A DNA stretch of 64,000 nucleotides from contig OZ024740.1 of NCBI GenBank assembly GCA_964016885.1, positions 117,552,001-117,616,000 of the forward strand, read 5' to 3'. The position numbers and the translations under genes are program-made. The notes below the pieces were generated by a model. That model was not told the origin of the DNA and did not search any database. It saw only the letters and a program-made list of their open reading frames with translations. Positions 25,621 to 40,670 of this stretch are shown piece by piece. Source of the stretch: Eledone cirrhosa. Lineage: Eukaryota. The number at the start of each line of letters is the position of its first letter. Within the stretch, counting starts at the first letter, position 1.

Positions 25621-27382
25621 GACTTAAGTGTAGAATCTGTTACCCCCTCCCGTTTCCCCCTTTCTTCCTTTGTTTTATACTCCTTGCTCTTCCTCTCCTG
25701 TTACTCTCATATATATCATTTGAAAAGGAGATTGAAAATGAATTGAAAAATGTCAAGTCAGCTGGTGATAACATTTCAAACTGTTCACCAAGTTAAAACC
25801 AGTTCCAGGGATTAAAGAAGAGAAATGATGTTTTTAAACGCTTCTCTATTAATTAGATATACCAAAATTTATTTGTAGTTTGAGAAACAGGATATTATAG
25901 GCTGTATATTGCTGATCCGAAGATGCACAAACTAAACTACTCTAAATATGAATTCCAGACTATGATACCAGAATGTATTATGGCGTTAGAGACTAATTTA
26001 ATCGCAAGAAAAATTCAGAGACTAATATTGTAAGAAATCATGCTATTTTGAGTGGCACGGAGATTCATGTTGAAGATTCAGATGAAACAGTCTGGCAATA
26101 TCAATTTTTGATGTTCAAAGTTCTACAGTAGCATGAATAATTGATATAAAGCAAGACTTGATTTCAAAATTAGATCACATACACAATTTACCGAAGTTTT
26201 ACTCTCTGTATAATGCATCTGTCTCCTTAATTAGGTACAAGATCTTTTGTTTAGCCCATAGGTTTCCGTGTTTTATCGCAACAAAAAGTATTGAAATATA
26301 GAAATATCTGAAATCACACATTTGTATATTATTCAAAACGATAGGATATGAGATGATGTAGATTTGACTTCTACTTCTAGCAGGTACAGAGGCCCCATAG
26401 AGTCTTCTTGTTATCTTCACCTATTTTCCTTCAGCTTGCTCTGGTCGATTGTTTGTTGTTTATACATTGCTAGCTCTGTTGCATCGGTTTTTTACTTTAG
26501 TAAGTGGCATTCTTTGTATCTATTTTTAGCGCCTGTTTTTTTTTCAACTCGAATGAATTCTAATGTGGGCAGAAGAAGAATAACATCGTTGAATATTATG
26601 GGCATAAGCCAGAATGATACTGCTTATTTTATTCTATGGGATGTAATTTAATGGGTAATAGCATAGATTGACTGAATCGGCAGATCGACGGACAAGATGT
26701 CATCTAGTATGTAGTTGTGTACAATTACTTTCTTATTGTGTCATGTAAATACAATTCAATAGGGAAAGAAAAAAAAAAGATTGAGAAGAAAGAATAGAAT
26801 GTAAAATAAGAACATATAAAAAAAAACGGAAATTAAAAGGAAAGGCAAGGGCTCTAGTGTCACAGAAGAATGGGGAGAGGAGGGGGAGGATGATTGGGTT
26901 CTGGGTCTAGGGCACGGTGCTAATGGGGCTGCGCTCTGTGGACAGGACCGCAGAAGCATTCCCTGAGTCCAAATTCCATGTGTGCCGTCTTTACTTTTTA
27001 TCCTTCTGAGATATATAGCATAAGTAGTAGTTAAGTACAGGTCGATAAAATTAACTGTACTCTCCCACAAAATATGAAGCCATTTCCCAACGGTTGAAAT
27101 CGATATGATCACGCTATACTACTTCCAAGTGGTGATGTATTGAATGACGTACGTAAAAAATCTAAATAAATTCGTGTTGTTGTTAGTTAGAGAAAAAACA
27201 AAACAATATCATAGTGGCAATTGTTAGCAACTCTCAAAGAAAACGAGAGCTAACTTAACAAATTCTAGATCGCAACCATTACCTACCGACTAAATTGTCA
27301 GTGGGTGGGTCATTGAAATGTTCGCCCTCCAGGGGCGAAAATTTAATTTTCAGAAAATTTATAACAAATTGTTTTTATAACT

Positions 27383-29197
27383 ATGAATGATAAAATTGAA
27401 GCGTTTCCTGCCATAAGTGGAAATGGGAGCGTTGAAATGAATATCACTATGACAACAGGTAGTGATCGAGAAAAATCACATGAAAACAAAAGTATGGAAA
27501 CACAAACGGCACAAAAAAATATTGAACAAGAAAAAAACACAACTTCACAAATGAACTCCACAATCACAAATCAATCAATTGAGAACAACAAAAACAACAA
27601 CAACAACAACAATAACAATAATGACAACAACAACAACAGCAACCATAAAAAATCTTTTGCCACAATAAGCAAAGGAACTTTTACAAATATTGATATTTCC
27701 AATGCGAAGGAAATGATCAATAAAGGAAAAAAATATATTACCTTCGAGGAAAAAGGGGGATTTAAAATCACCTCTCCGCCACAAATAAAAGCCGACACTA
27801 TGCGAAGCACTGTGATTTTTCGCACGATTTTGAACAAAAAAAAAAAAACGGCTTTCCTTACTCAAGGCGAAATTGAAATCGTCTTGAAAGAGGCAATGCC
27901 AGACATACGATTCATACAAAGGACTAACTATATGGAAGCATTTCGGTGCTCTTCAAAAGTGAGGCCCTTGCGAAAAAATACTCAGTGACCCCGGTCACTT
28001 CTGCTACACACACCTTTTTCCCTACATACATGGGAAAAAGAACACAAAGAATAAACATTACCAATATACCACCCAACATTAACATCTGGTGAATTCTGGC
28101 AGGGTTTTGGGGGAAGGATGAAGACACAATACTGTCGATTTAAAAATCCACAAGAAACACCTGGAACGGTACAAGCTTGGAAATGTTGCTCCAAATGAAA
28201 CCGGACAGAATTTCCAAGATACCAGAAAGGGTGCCAGTAGACGATACAAACTATATACACATTTCGGCAGATGGAGGTAGGCCACATTGTTTTAAATGCG
28301 CAAGCACATCGCATTTAAAGGCCTCCTGTTCCCTCTTACGCCACCCCCCAAGTACTTTTACCAACACCAACTCCAAAACCACAACAACAACAACACACAA
28401 AACAATCAAACACACAAAAACAAACAACTGCTCAACCACAAACAACAAAAAAAACACACAAAAAATTCCCCTGAAAAACACAGTCCCACCCCATCCCACT
28501 CCATCTAACACTACCAAAATCACACACACAAACACACCATCACCACAAACATACCCCTCCGACACGCCCCTGATGACGATTCATCGCCAGACGAGGCTAC
28601 TTCTCCATCCCCAAGTGAAGATGAAGGAGAGCCTCGGAAATCAAAAAACAAAAAAAGAGACACCGCAAAGCCACAAAAACACCAATCAACAACATGAACA
28701 CACAACCACCAACACAAACAACAACACAAACACCATCACAATCAATCCCCCCATACCAGCAAAACAAGCACCAACACCACCCCAAACACAAATGCCCACC
28801 ATTAAAAGAAAGCTACAAAATGAACAACAAACCAAAACAATACAACAAAAAACAAACAATACACATACATTAACACAAACAAAAAAACAAAAACAAACAA
28901 TACACATACATTAACACAAACAACAACAACCTAATGGAGGTCATCTCCCAAGACCCCAAAGTAGAAACTGAGGGGTACACTTTTGTCAAGGCAGACTCTC
29001 AACCACACCCAAAACTGATAAGGGTTTCGATAGAAACCTATCAGAAATTAAAAGAAAAATTTTCGCAGGACGTTGGCAACCCCTGTCAAAAGCCAATTAA
29101 CGGCGTCCTATTAAAATGTTTCCCCACCCCACTCAACACCCCCAACAGCACCCAAATGGAGATTGAACAACCCGATCTCCAGGAAACGAAAAGGTAA
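27383..29197 (+). pseudogene. LINE ORF1 (Gag-like, frameshifted)
   Basis: Pieces 27383, 28177, 28934; CFKCASTSHLKASC zinc knuckle; T/N/K/Q-rich low-complexity tail. Confidence 0.8.
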
Positions 29198-29238
29198 GAG
29201 CACCTTTTCGTCCTTTTTCGCCAACTCTTCTCCACCAA

Positions 29239-32200
29239 CATGGCTGATTTACGAGTTGGATGTGTGAATGTGCGTGGCCTAGGGATGCCCTGGAAACAGG
29301 ACAACTTTTAAACGACTTAGGTCACACGGTATGGATGTGATAGCCATCACCGAGTCCAGGTCCCACAACAGGCAGCAACTAACCCACATCTTCAATGACT
29401 TTGAGATCTACGTATCTCCCTGTCAGCCAGGAGGCGGAGAGGGAGTGGCTGTCATGTTTCGGAAAAACCTGGACGTCGAAGTACAGCAAGTACACTTGGA
29501 CCCGGAGTGTAGACTGGTAGTCCTAGACGTGAACAGTGTTGGAGGTGGAGCCTTCAGACAGGTGGCCGTTTATGCTCCGACTGGGCAATCGTGGCCAGAC
29601 TTCTTTAAGCGTCTAGAGTCTTTTCTGTGAACGTCTCGCTCCTTGCTTTTAGTTGGGGACTGGAATTGTATCCTAAACGCACGATGTAGGATCATGTCCT
29701 AGTAGAGGGGAGTGCAACAGCCTCAAACATTTAATCGGCCAATTCCAACTGGCCGATAGGTATCGAATAGATTTACCGACTGCACCACAGTGGACGTGGA
29801 CAAACCGTAGCATGACATTTAGATCGTATTTAGACAGGTTCTTTATTAGAGACAGAGACAAGAAGATGTTAAGCTGTCCACAAGTGCACATGGTTGCCTA
29901 TTCAGACCACAAACTAGTCATCTGCATAGTAAACCGTGATAGAATACATAAACAAGGACCCGGATACTGGAAGCTGAACGTGTCGCTACCGACACGTAAA
30001 GCCTACAGTGAAGGGATAAGTAGATTAGTTAAGCAACAATTGACGGGAACCATTGTCAAAAATAGATGGTGATAGTCCCTCAAGAAAGCAATTAGAGTAG
30101 AGTCGATATACTTTAGCAGATAGTTAGCCTTAGAGAGAAAAACAAAACAGAAACGGAACTAGTAACCAAGATAGAGGAGGCGCTTAGGAGTGGCAACGTA
30201 GCTAGAGTGCTATCAACGAGAACGGCACTGGAGCAGTTCTTCAACGCAAAACACGAAGGCTGCGTGGTCAGAAGTAAATAACGTGCTCTAAGAAACGAGG
30301 GAGTGAAAGCTGTTAGCTGGGCTCGAGTGGCAGAGGCAAAAAGTGGTAACAAGTCCACGATTCGGTCTTTGAAAGACCAAAACGGACGCGTGCTACTTGA
30401 CCCCAAGCACATGTGCGCAGCCTTTCAGCGGCACTTTGCGCAACTGTTCGAGCAGAGTGGCGGTGCGTCGAACGGAGCAATGGACTTCGGTTCATACCTC
30501 GACTGCTTGCCGCGTCTCTCGAGCATGGACGTCGAGTTCTGCGAAAGACCGATCACAGCCACTGAGATACGGGACGCTCTGGGCCGCTGCGGGAATCGCA
30601 AATCACCCGGTCTAGATGGTCTACCCTATGAGTTTTACATAGGCATGCAGGACTTGTTATTTGGCGTCCTCGAGGCCGTCTACTGCAACTGGTTGCAGAA
30701 CTGGAGAATTCCCAGTTCTGCAGGCAGGGGCGTAGTAACGCTGATCAGGAAAGACGAGAACAAGGGGGACGAACTAAGCAACATTGGGCCCATAACTCTG
30801 CTCAACACAGAGTTAAAGATTTTGGCCAAGGTGTTTGCAACGAGGTTGGCGCTTGTCGTCGAGAACCTGGTAGGGAAAGCACAAACGTGTGCAATCCCAA
30901 ACAGGTCCATACACGACAACCTCCACGTCAAGCGATACATCATAGAGAGGGTGGGGCGTAAACCCGGCTTTGGTGGGGCTCTGATCAATTTAGATCAGTC
31001 TAAGGCGTACGATAGGGTCGACCATCGACACTTGGAAGCGATTCTCAAGGCGGCCGGTTTCGGACCTGTCTTCAGAGGCTGGATCACCGCAATACACACC
31101 AACATCAGCTCGATGGTCAGGGTGAACGGCTACCTATCGGACCCGTTCGCAATCACGCGTTCCATCCGACAGAGATGCCCTTTCTCCTCCATTCTGTACG
31201 TACTGACACTAGAGCAACTGCTTCGGAAGTTGGAGCTGCTGAAAGGTATCCCGTTGGAACCGGGACTGCGGAAAGCGGCGTCGGCTTATGCCGACAACAT
31301 GACAGTAATGGTGTCGGAAGCCTCCGAAATCGGGGCAATCGGCAACTTACTGCAGGAATACGAAAGGCTCACAGCAGCAAAACTGAACCCAGAAAAGTCT
31401 TTCGGTTTGCAACTCGGAACGTGGAGAGGCAAACCGATGCCATCCGACAGCGATGTCGGACGCTGGACGGATGGACCAGTGAAATTGCTCGGGGTCTGAT
31501 TCGGTCCGGACCTCCGGGTGGAGAAAAACTGGAACGAGGTCACAGCCAAGCTATTTGCGCTCACCCAGAAGTGGGCAGAGTGCCAACTATCCTTGAAAGG
31601 CCGAGAGGAGGTGGCAAACACTTTCATAGCGTCCGTCATCTACTACCGCTTGACCATCGTGTCTTGTCCCCGTGAATTCCTCACCAAGATGGAACGCATG
31701 CTCTTCCAGTTCCTTTGGAAGAAGCAGGCTCCACTGGTGAAGAGATCCGTCTGCTGTCAGCACCCTTCCAACGGAGGGCTGGGAATGCCGTGGCTGATGA
31801 TGCGCAAGCATGCGCTGAGGCTACGGCATCTACAGGTATTCCTTACCGACCCCCAACGGGTGTGGGCACCGTTTGTGAGACAGGCCTTCCCCCAACTTGT
31901 CTCGCTGACGGAGCTGCAGTCCTGGATCAAGCGGAGACCGAAGAAGATGGGCGCCTGGCACATTGAATGCGCTCAGGCGCTCACAGTCCTCTGTCAAGCG
32001 GGCACGGCAATCAGTGGAGACTCCACTTCGACATTCCATACAGGGTTAGTACGTCACAAAGGCAACGACGTGCTCGGAGAGACTCTAGGCGTCGAAGACG
32101 GCGAACTCACCAGTCTGTTTGGTAGGACTTTCCGCCCGGGACCTATGGACAACTTCCAGAGGTCCCTGGCTTGGCAGTGCTACCGAGGAGCTCTACCAGT

Positions 32201-32630
32201 TTGTGACAAGATCTACAGGCACGGACGCCCCGGCAGGGATACTTCCAAGAGGACGTGTCCAAGATGCGGGCAGGACATTGAATCCGTCCTGCACGCAATT
32301 GTACACTGCCGGGGCGTAACCGATCTGTGGAACTACGCAGAACAACTGCTGTCGCGTATGGAACAAATCCAGTTGACTGCCGAGTCCATAGTAAGGATCA
32401 AACCGCCTACTTCTTTCAAAAACGAAAGAGATGCGGTTTTCCTCTGTATAGTGGCTATGGTGAAAGAGGTTATATGGTGGACGAGATTGAGAGGACTGAG
32501 GACAGATGCCTCTCCGGACAACAACTCATCCCCTTCTTTAGATACCACTTTAGAAGGAGAATCAGAGTGGAGAGAGAGGCTCTGCACCCCAGTGATTGGG
32601 CGTTCCCTGTATATAAACCTGTAGGTTGAA
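29239..32630 (+). pseudogene. LINE ORF2 (APE endonuclease, RT, C-terminal zinc finger) with stops and frameshifts
   Basis: MADLRVGCVNVRGL, VYAP, GDWN, SYLDRF, YSDH, KSPGLDGLPYEFY, LDQSKAYDRVDH, AYADN, CPRC..H...C. Confidence 0.93.
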
Positions 32631-32858
32631 GAAAAGAGCAAAAAGAAGAAAGGAGCACGTGCACAACATGCTCCTGAAGTTGAGGGTTATTCTATCGACG
32701 GGGTATTAAACAACCCATTTTGGCACCTCCCCCTATTGGGGATTTCGAATGTTATATTTGTTTGTTTCATATTTTTACACGATTTTATGTAAAATACCCG
32801 GTATGTCTTTGTATTGTCCCCTTTTCTTGTGCGCCCTTGTGGCTAATAAAGAAATATA

Positions 32859-33317
32859 TCTATATATTACTAAAACTCTGTAATTGTGTGCTTGTCTGTA
32901 ATCTAATACAGCCAAAACGGCGCATAATGGGAAAATACTTTGAAAGGAAGTTGTCCCTGAAATAGAATAAAACAAGTTTCGCGTAAATCGGAGCACGAGT
33001 TCACAAGATACGGTATTTTTCCGGGTACCTTCATAAATAGAGAGAGAGAAAGATAGAGAGAAAAAGATAGTGGTTGTGAGAGAGTAGATTGAAAGAGAGA
33101 GGAGTCAGAGAAGGAAAATGGAAAAGAGGACTAATGGTGTTGTTAAATGAAATTATACCGTTGACATCAAAAAATCGAATCCTGATAAATAGGAAGGGTT
33201 TCTAAGTGTATGTATATGTCTGTGTGTGTATATTTTAATTATTTAAAAATTATTTTTAAGTAAACTTGATTAAAAAAAAAAAAAATATAAGTGAACGTCA
33301 CCCAACGGGTGGTCTAA
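32859..33317 (+). mobile_element. Second non-autonomous Helitron copy (3' hairpin arm deleted)
   Basis: A|TC start tctatatattactaaaactctg; homologous to 11005-11702; ends cccaacgggtggtctaa. Confidence 0.75.
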
Positions 33318-35934
33318 TTGCTTTTAAAACTGATGGTAAATACGTTAGTTGACGTGATTCAATATTTTATAGTATTAAATGTCATCTCAAAACTTTCTGA
33401 GTTTAAATTCTTACAACTTAACTGGGTCAATAAAAACCATAATTTCTGGTTAAGGTAATAAAGAAATCGTTAATATAGTAATACAAGTGATGGGTTGAAG
33501 AGCGGTGGAGCTTGGTAGAATCCCATTAGTATTTGATTTCAAATCCCGATGGTGCTCATGAAATAAGTATTAGCTAAGTACTGTGGTTAATCTAATCGAC
33601 TGAACTCCATCATCAAAATGTGTGATATTGTGTCTAATTATTACAGCGATAAGGATAGTGGAGACATCTAACGGCTAAATAGCTCCAGACTAAAGTTATC
33701 AAATTCTAGTGAAATTATACCTAATGAAAATATATCCTTATATCTCGTCATAACATACAATAATGTTTAGAACTGCAAGTCTTATAATATATACTTTGAA
33801 ACAACTTTTTTGTCCAAATGTCGCAGGACAGACACCGATACTTCCTTCCTCTAGAATCATTGAAATATGCTCCATTAGCACAGTATGTGGTCCATTTCGT
33901 TTACCATACATTTCCCCTACAACAAAATATCTGCGGGGAAATACCTTAGGGGAGCGTTCTGCACATTAAATACATATACGGCAGGATCTCACTACAAATA
34001 TTGGCCTCGTGCCTTGTCAAATGAAATAATTATTGGTGGTAGTAATTTCTTGCAGCTGAACAATGATGTAAAAGCGTCACCTTAGAGTATTTCTTCCTTC
34101 ATATTGTTTATATTTTTTCTTTTGACAGCGTTCGTTTTCTCAAATACGATGCGATATAATAACATACCAACCCCTTTATCCGCCGGATGTGATTAAATAA
34201 TTGCATCTTCGTTTCTATTTTAGCTCATGTTGTTGTTGCTGTTGTTATCTTTAAATATCATTTACAGAATAATGAAATACAAGGTTTATATTTTATATTC
34301 ATCTCTAACAAATCTTTGCAGTCCAAACACTCAATCTGGCATCACCATACTCCTATTTCTCTTTGTATCTATCTCTCTCTACACACATACCCACACTCAC
34401 ACACGCACACACACACACAAACACACACACACACACACTCACACACACACACACATATATATATGTTTATATGTATGTGTATAAATACACTTAAAACACG
34501 TGTGATTTCAAATGGAAGCACTTATGAATCTAACGAAGTTGATGAAGATATGAAGTGTGAAATGGAAGTGTTGGTGTTGGCACTTTTAAAACATCCCAGT
34601 AACCAACAAGAAGCTGACATGCTTTATGTAGCCCTCTTCATTTTATTACCTATCACTCTAAGCTTGTCGGATCAAATTAAAACCCGAAACAATACATAAC
34701 TTGGTTGCGTTTCAGTACATAAGATATATTAAACATTTTTAGAAGCTGCGGAAAGAAAAGTGAGAAATTATTTTTTATTCGAGGTATTGGTAAGGGGAAC
34801 GAGGAAGATTATAATCTGATCTAAATGCTATTTAAATTATGTTTTTATCCGAACAAAGTCCGTAAAGGATGACGAGAAACGTATTACAATGCAAACATTT
34901 ACTCCTTATTGCAAATTTGTTTAGACAATTTCGTATTTTCGTGTTCCAGTTTCGAATCTCAGTGAATCTAATATATGCTTTGTGTACCATGTCTGCTTTT
35001 TAACGAACCCCATCGCATTCCATAAAATACGAGTCAGGAATATATAACGTCAGTTCAATGGACTGTATCTCATTTTGTATGCGATCTACCAAGGTTTAAT
35101 ATCATTCTTTTAACCATCAGCAAGTTAATAAACATATTAAGGATGTGTCAATTCACAAGAACACGTATTATTAATAATGCAAAGGTTTCTTTTGAGAATG
35201 CACTGTACTCAAAATCATTTTGTAGAAGAGCCAAACAGTAGAAATATACGGAAGAATGAATTAAGGCACATTTGGTTTAAATCACGTCATCAAATACAAG
35301 CATATCAAATTTGTCTATGTAGTAGTAAGAAGAGGTAGTGCAGCACCAAAGACCGTTTTCGGGTCATCCAAGACTGTTGGAAGGAAAATAGAAGACTTCA
35401 TCTTCAGAGCGGATACCAGGCTCGAGGAGTTGCAAGTGACAGCATTATACACAACTAGGAATTAAGTCTACTATACAAGAACAAGTTAAACCAAGGTTCT
35501 AGACAAAGGCCCTTGCCCAAGGTGCTATGCAGTGAGACTAAAATTGAAGCAACATAGTTGTGAGTCAAATTTTTTAACAACAGTGCGGAAGGATACGATG
35601 ATAAATAAATAGAGAAATGAAAAGAATAGTATTATGTTGTCAATTCTTGATGACGAGAGAAAACTGATCATGAGATATTGTCAGAACTCTCATAGAACCT
35701 GTTTTGTATGAGATGTGTGATTATAATAGGCATTCTAGTGAACATTTCTTCCGGAGTATACTGCCGACATTTTGTTCTATCATAGCATATACCTAAACTC
35801 CATATGATAGCCTTATCTTTTTGGTTATGCAGTGATTCATGTTATATCATGACGAGACCGGTGCTAATTCTACATCCAGTATAACTTTAACAGTTTTGAA
35901 AAGTGTGTTATTCTGTTAAGACGTGATCTTTGTC

Positions 35935-36115
35935 ATTGGAGTATCGGTAGAGGGACGGACGCGATGATTTGCAGCATAGAGTTACGTCCCTTTGCGGTCG
36001 GAGTTCAAATCTTGCCGAGGTTAACTTTTCCTTTCATCCTTACGGGTCGATGAAAGAAAGTACCAATAATGCACTGGGATAATTGCTGGCCTTGTGCCAA
36101 AAAGTAGAAACAATT
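35935..36115 (+). mobile_element. tRNA-like SINE
   Basis: Same core as 2295. Confidence 0.85.
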
Positions 36116-36176
36116 ATAAAGAATACCAGGATATCTTGAATCACTGTCGCTCTTCATTAGAATATATATATATATA

Positions 36177-36390
36177 TAGTGGTAAAACACTGGAAGGTAA
36201 TATCCGTAGTGGTAGAGCACTAAGTCCATGGATCGAGTTAGGTAGACGTGGTTACACAACAGTTAATTCACCATACCGAGACCAATTGTTTCACCTTAGC
36301 GGATCCTCAGCTCGTAATCAATTCCGAGCTGAGGACCCACTAAGGTGAAACAATTGTTCTCGGTATGGTGAACTAACTGTTGTGTAACCA

Positions 36391-36391
<1 letters not shown>
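36177..36391. mobile_element. Hairpin insertion (family C) with inverted HHR pair in (TA)n
   Basis: Arms 36248-36314 and 36325-36391; + HHR ccgag-CTGAGGA-ccc actaa ggt-GAAA-caattg-TT-ctcgg (36324-36363). Confidence 0.85.
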
Positions 36392-36437
<46 letters not shown>

Positions 36438-36725
36438 GATAACAAGGTATCGTTTAAGGTAATCCAGTTAGTGGTTGTGAGTACTCTCTACTGTGGATAG
36501 TTTTAACGTACGGCGTTGTTTGACTCAACAAAAAGTTTCCTTAATTATGTGGCGAGTTTAAAAGAATTCCCATGCAGCATATTCTTGGAGTAATAATGGT
36601 GAAAGAGTGAAGAATAACATGGGCGGCTGTACAAAAAGGGTTTATTTACAGTATTAACAATTGTTGCATTAATCAGGTGATTCTAAAGGCAGCTGATCGC
36701 TAGAGGTTGCATCACTCGACCACAG

Positions 36726-36987
36726 TGTGTGTGTCTCTGATCAAATCATCGATGATTTGATCAGAGACACACACCCTTTTCTACAGCCGACCATGATATT
36801 CTTCCCTCTTTCACTATATATTTTTAATCTCGAAATTCCTGTTCGATCGACTTCAGATATACTAAACACACACACACACACAACCACACACACACATATG
36901 TATATATATAATATATATATATTTGTGTGTGTGTCTGTGTTTAGTATATCTGAAGTCGATCGAACAGGAATTTCGAGATTAAAAATA
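36726..36987. repeat. Two palindromes: 36727-36773, and 36820-36987 enclosing a microsatellite
   Basis: tgtgtgtctctgatcaaatcatcgatgatttgatcagagacacaca; atttttaatctcgaaattcctgttcgatcgacttcagatatactaaacaca and its inverse. Confidence 0.85.
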
Positions 36988-37119
36988 GATAGTAGACTAA
37001 CCGTTACCATACTAGCCGATACATCGATCTTCCAGGATCAATCGACCCTCTGAAACGATCCTAACACAATGAACGAATTAACTACCTAACTATTTCTTCT
37101 GTCTTCTTTCATTGTTCTA

Positions 37120-38265
<1,146 letters not shown>

Positions 38266-38291
38266 TATATTATATATATATATATATATAT

Positions 38292-38489
38292 ATAGGAACC
38301 AGTAAGACCCCGACAGCTGAGCTCAAGCCGTTTCGACGGCTAATTCTGGACTAGTCCAGAATTAGCCGTCGAAACGGCTTGAGCTCAGCTGTCGGGGTCT
38401 TACTGGTTCCTATTACCCACTCTACTACCTCAAGTATTGAGTACTTTGGTGCGTTATGGTCCACCTGGTTCCTTACTACATTTCCTTCG

Positions 38490-38491
<2 letters not shown>
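38292..38491 (+). mobile_element. Family A hairpin insertion with a perfect ~120-bp palindrome
   Basis: Centre ggactagtcc at ~38348-38357; right arm carries GAAA-cggc..gctg-TC-ggggtc (HHR 3' half). Confidence 0.9.
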
Positions 38492-38563
<72 letters not shown>

Positions 38564-38570
38564 ATATATA

Positions 38571-39359
38571 CCAGAGGTATATGATCTTTAATGCGAAAGA
38601 ATACCAATGACCATCCTCCAGATCATCCCTGTGTTGAAAAAGGACCATAGAATGAACCAAATCCTACGAACACACGATATCATAAAGAGCAAAAGACAAT
38701 CTAAGTAAATGAAAAACATCCTAACACATGCCAAAGTACTTCCAACCACAACAACAAAACCCACAGTAAAAAAATGCGATAGACCCAACTGTGTCATATG
38801 CATCAACCTAATAAAGGGTTCTGAATTCTATTTCAAAGAAGGACAACGTTTTATAGTAAAACACAATTTCACATGCGCATCAGAAAATCTAATATATGTA
38901 TTAACTTGCTCAGGTTGTCGAGAACAATACATAGGCCAGACCAAAAACAGCCTCCGCCAACGCATTACTGTCCATAGACCCCAAATTAAAATACGGGAAT
39001 ACAGGAAAATACCACTGAGTGAACACATTGATATCTGTGCCGCCCAAAATCATCCCAACTTCAGAATCTTTACCCTCTACAAATTTAAAGATAATTGTTT
39101 CTACTTTTGGCACAAGGCCAGCAATTACCCAGTGCATTACTGGTACTTTATTTTATCGACCCCGTAAGGATGAAAGGCAAAGTCAACCTCGGCGGGATTT
39201 GAACTCAGATCGTAAAGGGACGTAACTATGCTGGAAAGCATGGCGTCCGACCCTCTACCGATACTGCCAATTAAAGATAATGCCACCCACACCCAGCGCA
39301 TCAGCAAGGAATCTCGCTTTATTAACAAATACGGACCCCGTCTAAACACTTCTCCCTAA
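38571..39359 (+). mobile_element. Neptune-like PLE 3' fragment: Cys linker + GIY-YIG endonuclease, interrupted by a SINE
   Basis: KCDRPNCVIC; NLIYVLTCSGCREQYIGQT..LRQRITVH; after SINE removal the frame continues ..KDNATHTQRISKESRFINKYGPRLNTSP*. Confidence 0.9.
39096..39270 (-). mobile_element. SINE inserted in the GIY-YIG ORF with 11-bp TSD
   Basis: ttaaagataat at 39085-39095 and 39271-39281. Confidence 0.9.
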
Positions 39360-40147
39360 GACGAACCCACAACATACACGTCAACATACATACCTACATC
39401 AGCATACATCTCTATCCACATATAAACACAATGACATACGTAAACACACATGTTCTATGGTGCAACACAAATATACACAAATTTGCATACCTTTTGATGT
39501 CTGTAGATATAAACGTGCCGACACACACACATAAACGCACACATGCATTGCACACTGATGGGCACATACATATTTGTACACAAGTATTCCAATACAGCAA
39601 GGCCTAATCGATTCCCCTTGCAGTACGTACAATCTGGACACTCACACACACCTTGGTATTATGCCAATACTATATATCATTTCACACCTTTTATTATTAT
39701 TGTTTTTGATGTTCTATTGAGAGAATCGTTTTTACTGAAAATATCGAATAATGTACACCATTTTTACCAGTATCACAAAAATACTGGTCCACCACACACA
39801 CACACACACACATTCTCACACACACACACACACATATATACACACACACATACACACGCGTACATTAACATACAAAGAGACATATACACACACACACACA
39901 CTTCTCCGTATAAGACAAGAGCTGAAAAATATCTTTTAACATGTTAAAATTTCCCCCACACACGTACAGACACATTCCTACTGACCATCCCTCTACCACG
40001 AATTACTCTGCTACACACACACACACACACATACTTGTCTTAATAGGCATTTGAACTGTCAACAGGCTGCGGTTCGCACACACATCCCTGCTGACCATTA
40101 TCACAACAATAAACCTCTTTACTACTACTACACACACACACACACAT

Positions 40148-40229
<82 letters not shown>

Positions 40230-40631
40230 TTGTTTTGAAAGACCTATTTTTCAGTGACTTCTCAATCAGCCGACACAAACCTACATTTGGCGCAAAATCA
40301 ATTTTTAACATTCACATGATCTCTACCGACCAATCAAAATTGTTTTGACCACAAGAATTTTTGCAACACGAATTGGCGCGAAACTTATTTTAATACATCT
40401 GGAGCCATTTTTTTCACATAAAACAGGTAGAATTTCCCAAACTAATCAGATCAGAGCAAACATCACGGGCGCTCTATCTCAAAATTATTTTTGAAATGCA
40501 TTAGAAATGCGCAACCGGTAAAACTTAAAACCAAAACTGAATACTAACAAATACTATTACTAATTTTTACTTATTCCTAATTAAACTATTTTTCACTGGG
40601 AACAATTTGTCAGCATTTTCTTTTCCGTTTA

Positions 40632-40665
<34 letters not shown>

Positions 40666-40670
<5 letters not shown>

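Larger units (their letters stand above)
27230..32855 (+). mobile_element. Near full-length decayed L1/Tx1-clade LINE
   Basis: ORF1 with CCHC knuckle, ORF2 EN-RT-zinc finger, AATAAA at 32845; 5' boundary approximate. Confidence 0.92.

Noticed and set aside
34845-34890. gtccgtaaaggat..GAAAcgTA resembling an HHR remnant
   Set aside because: No CUGANGA and no helix I
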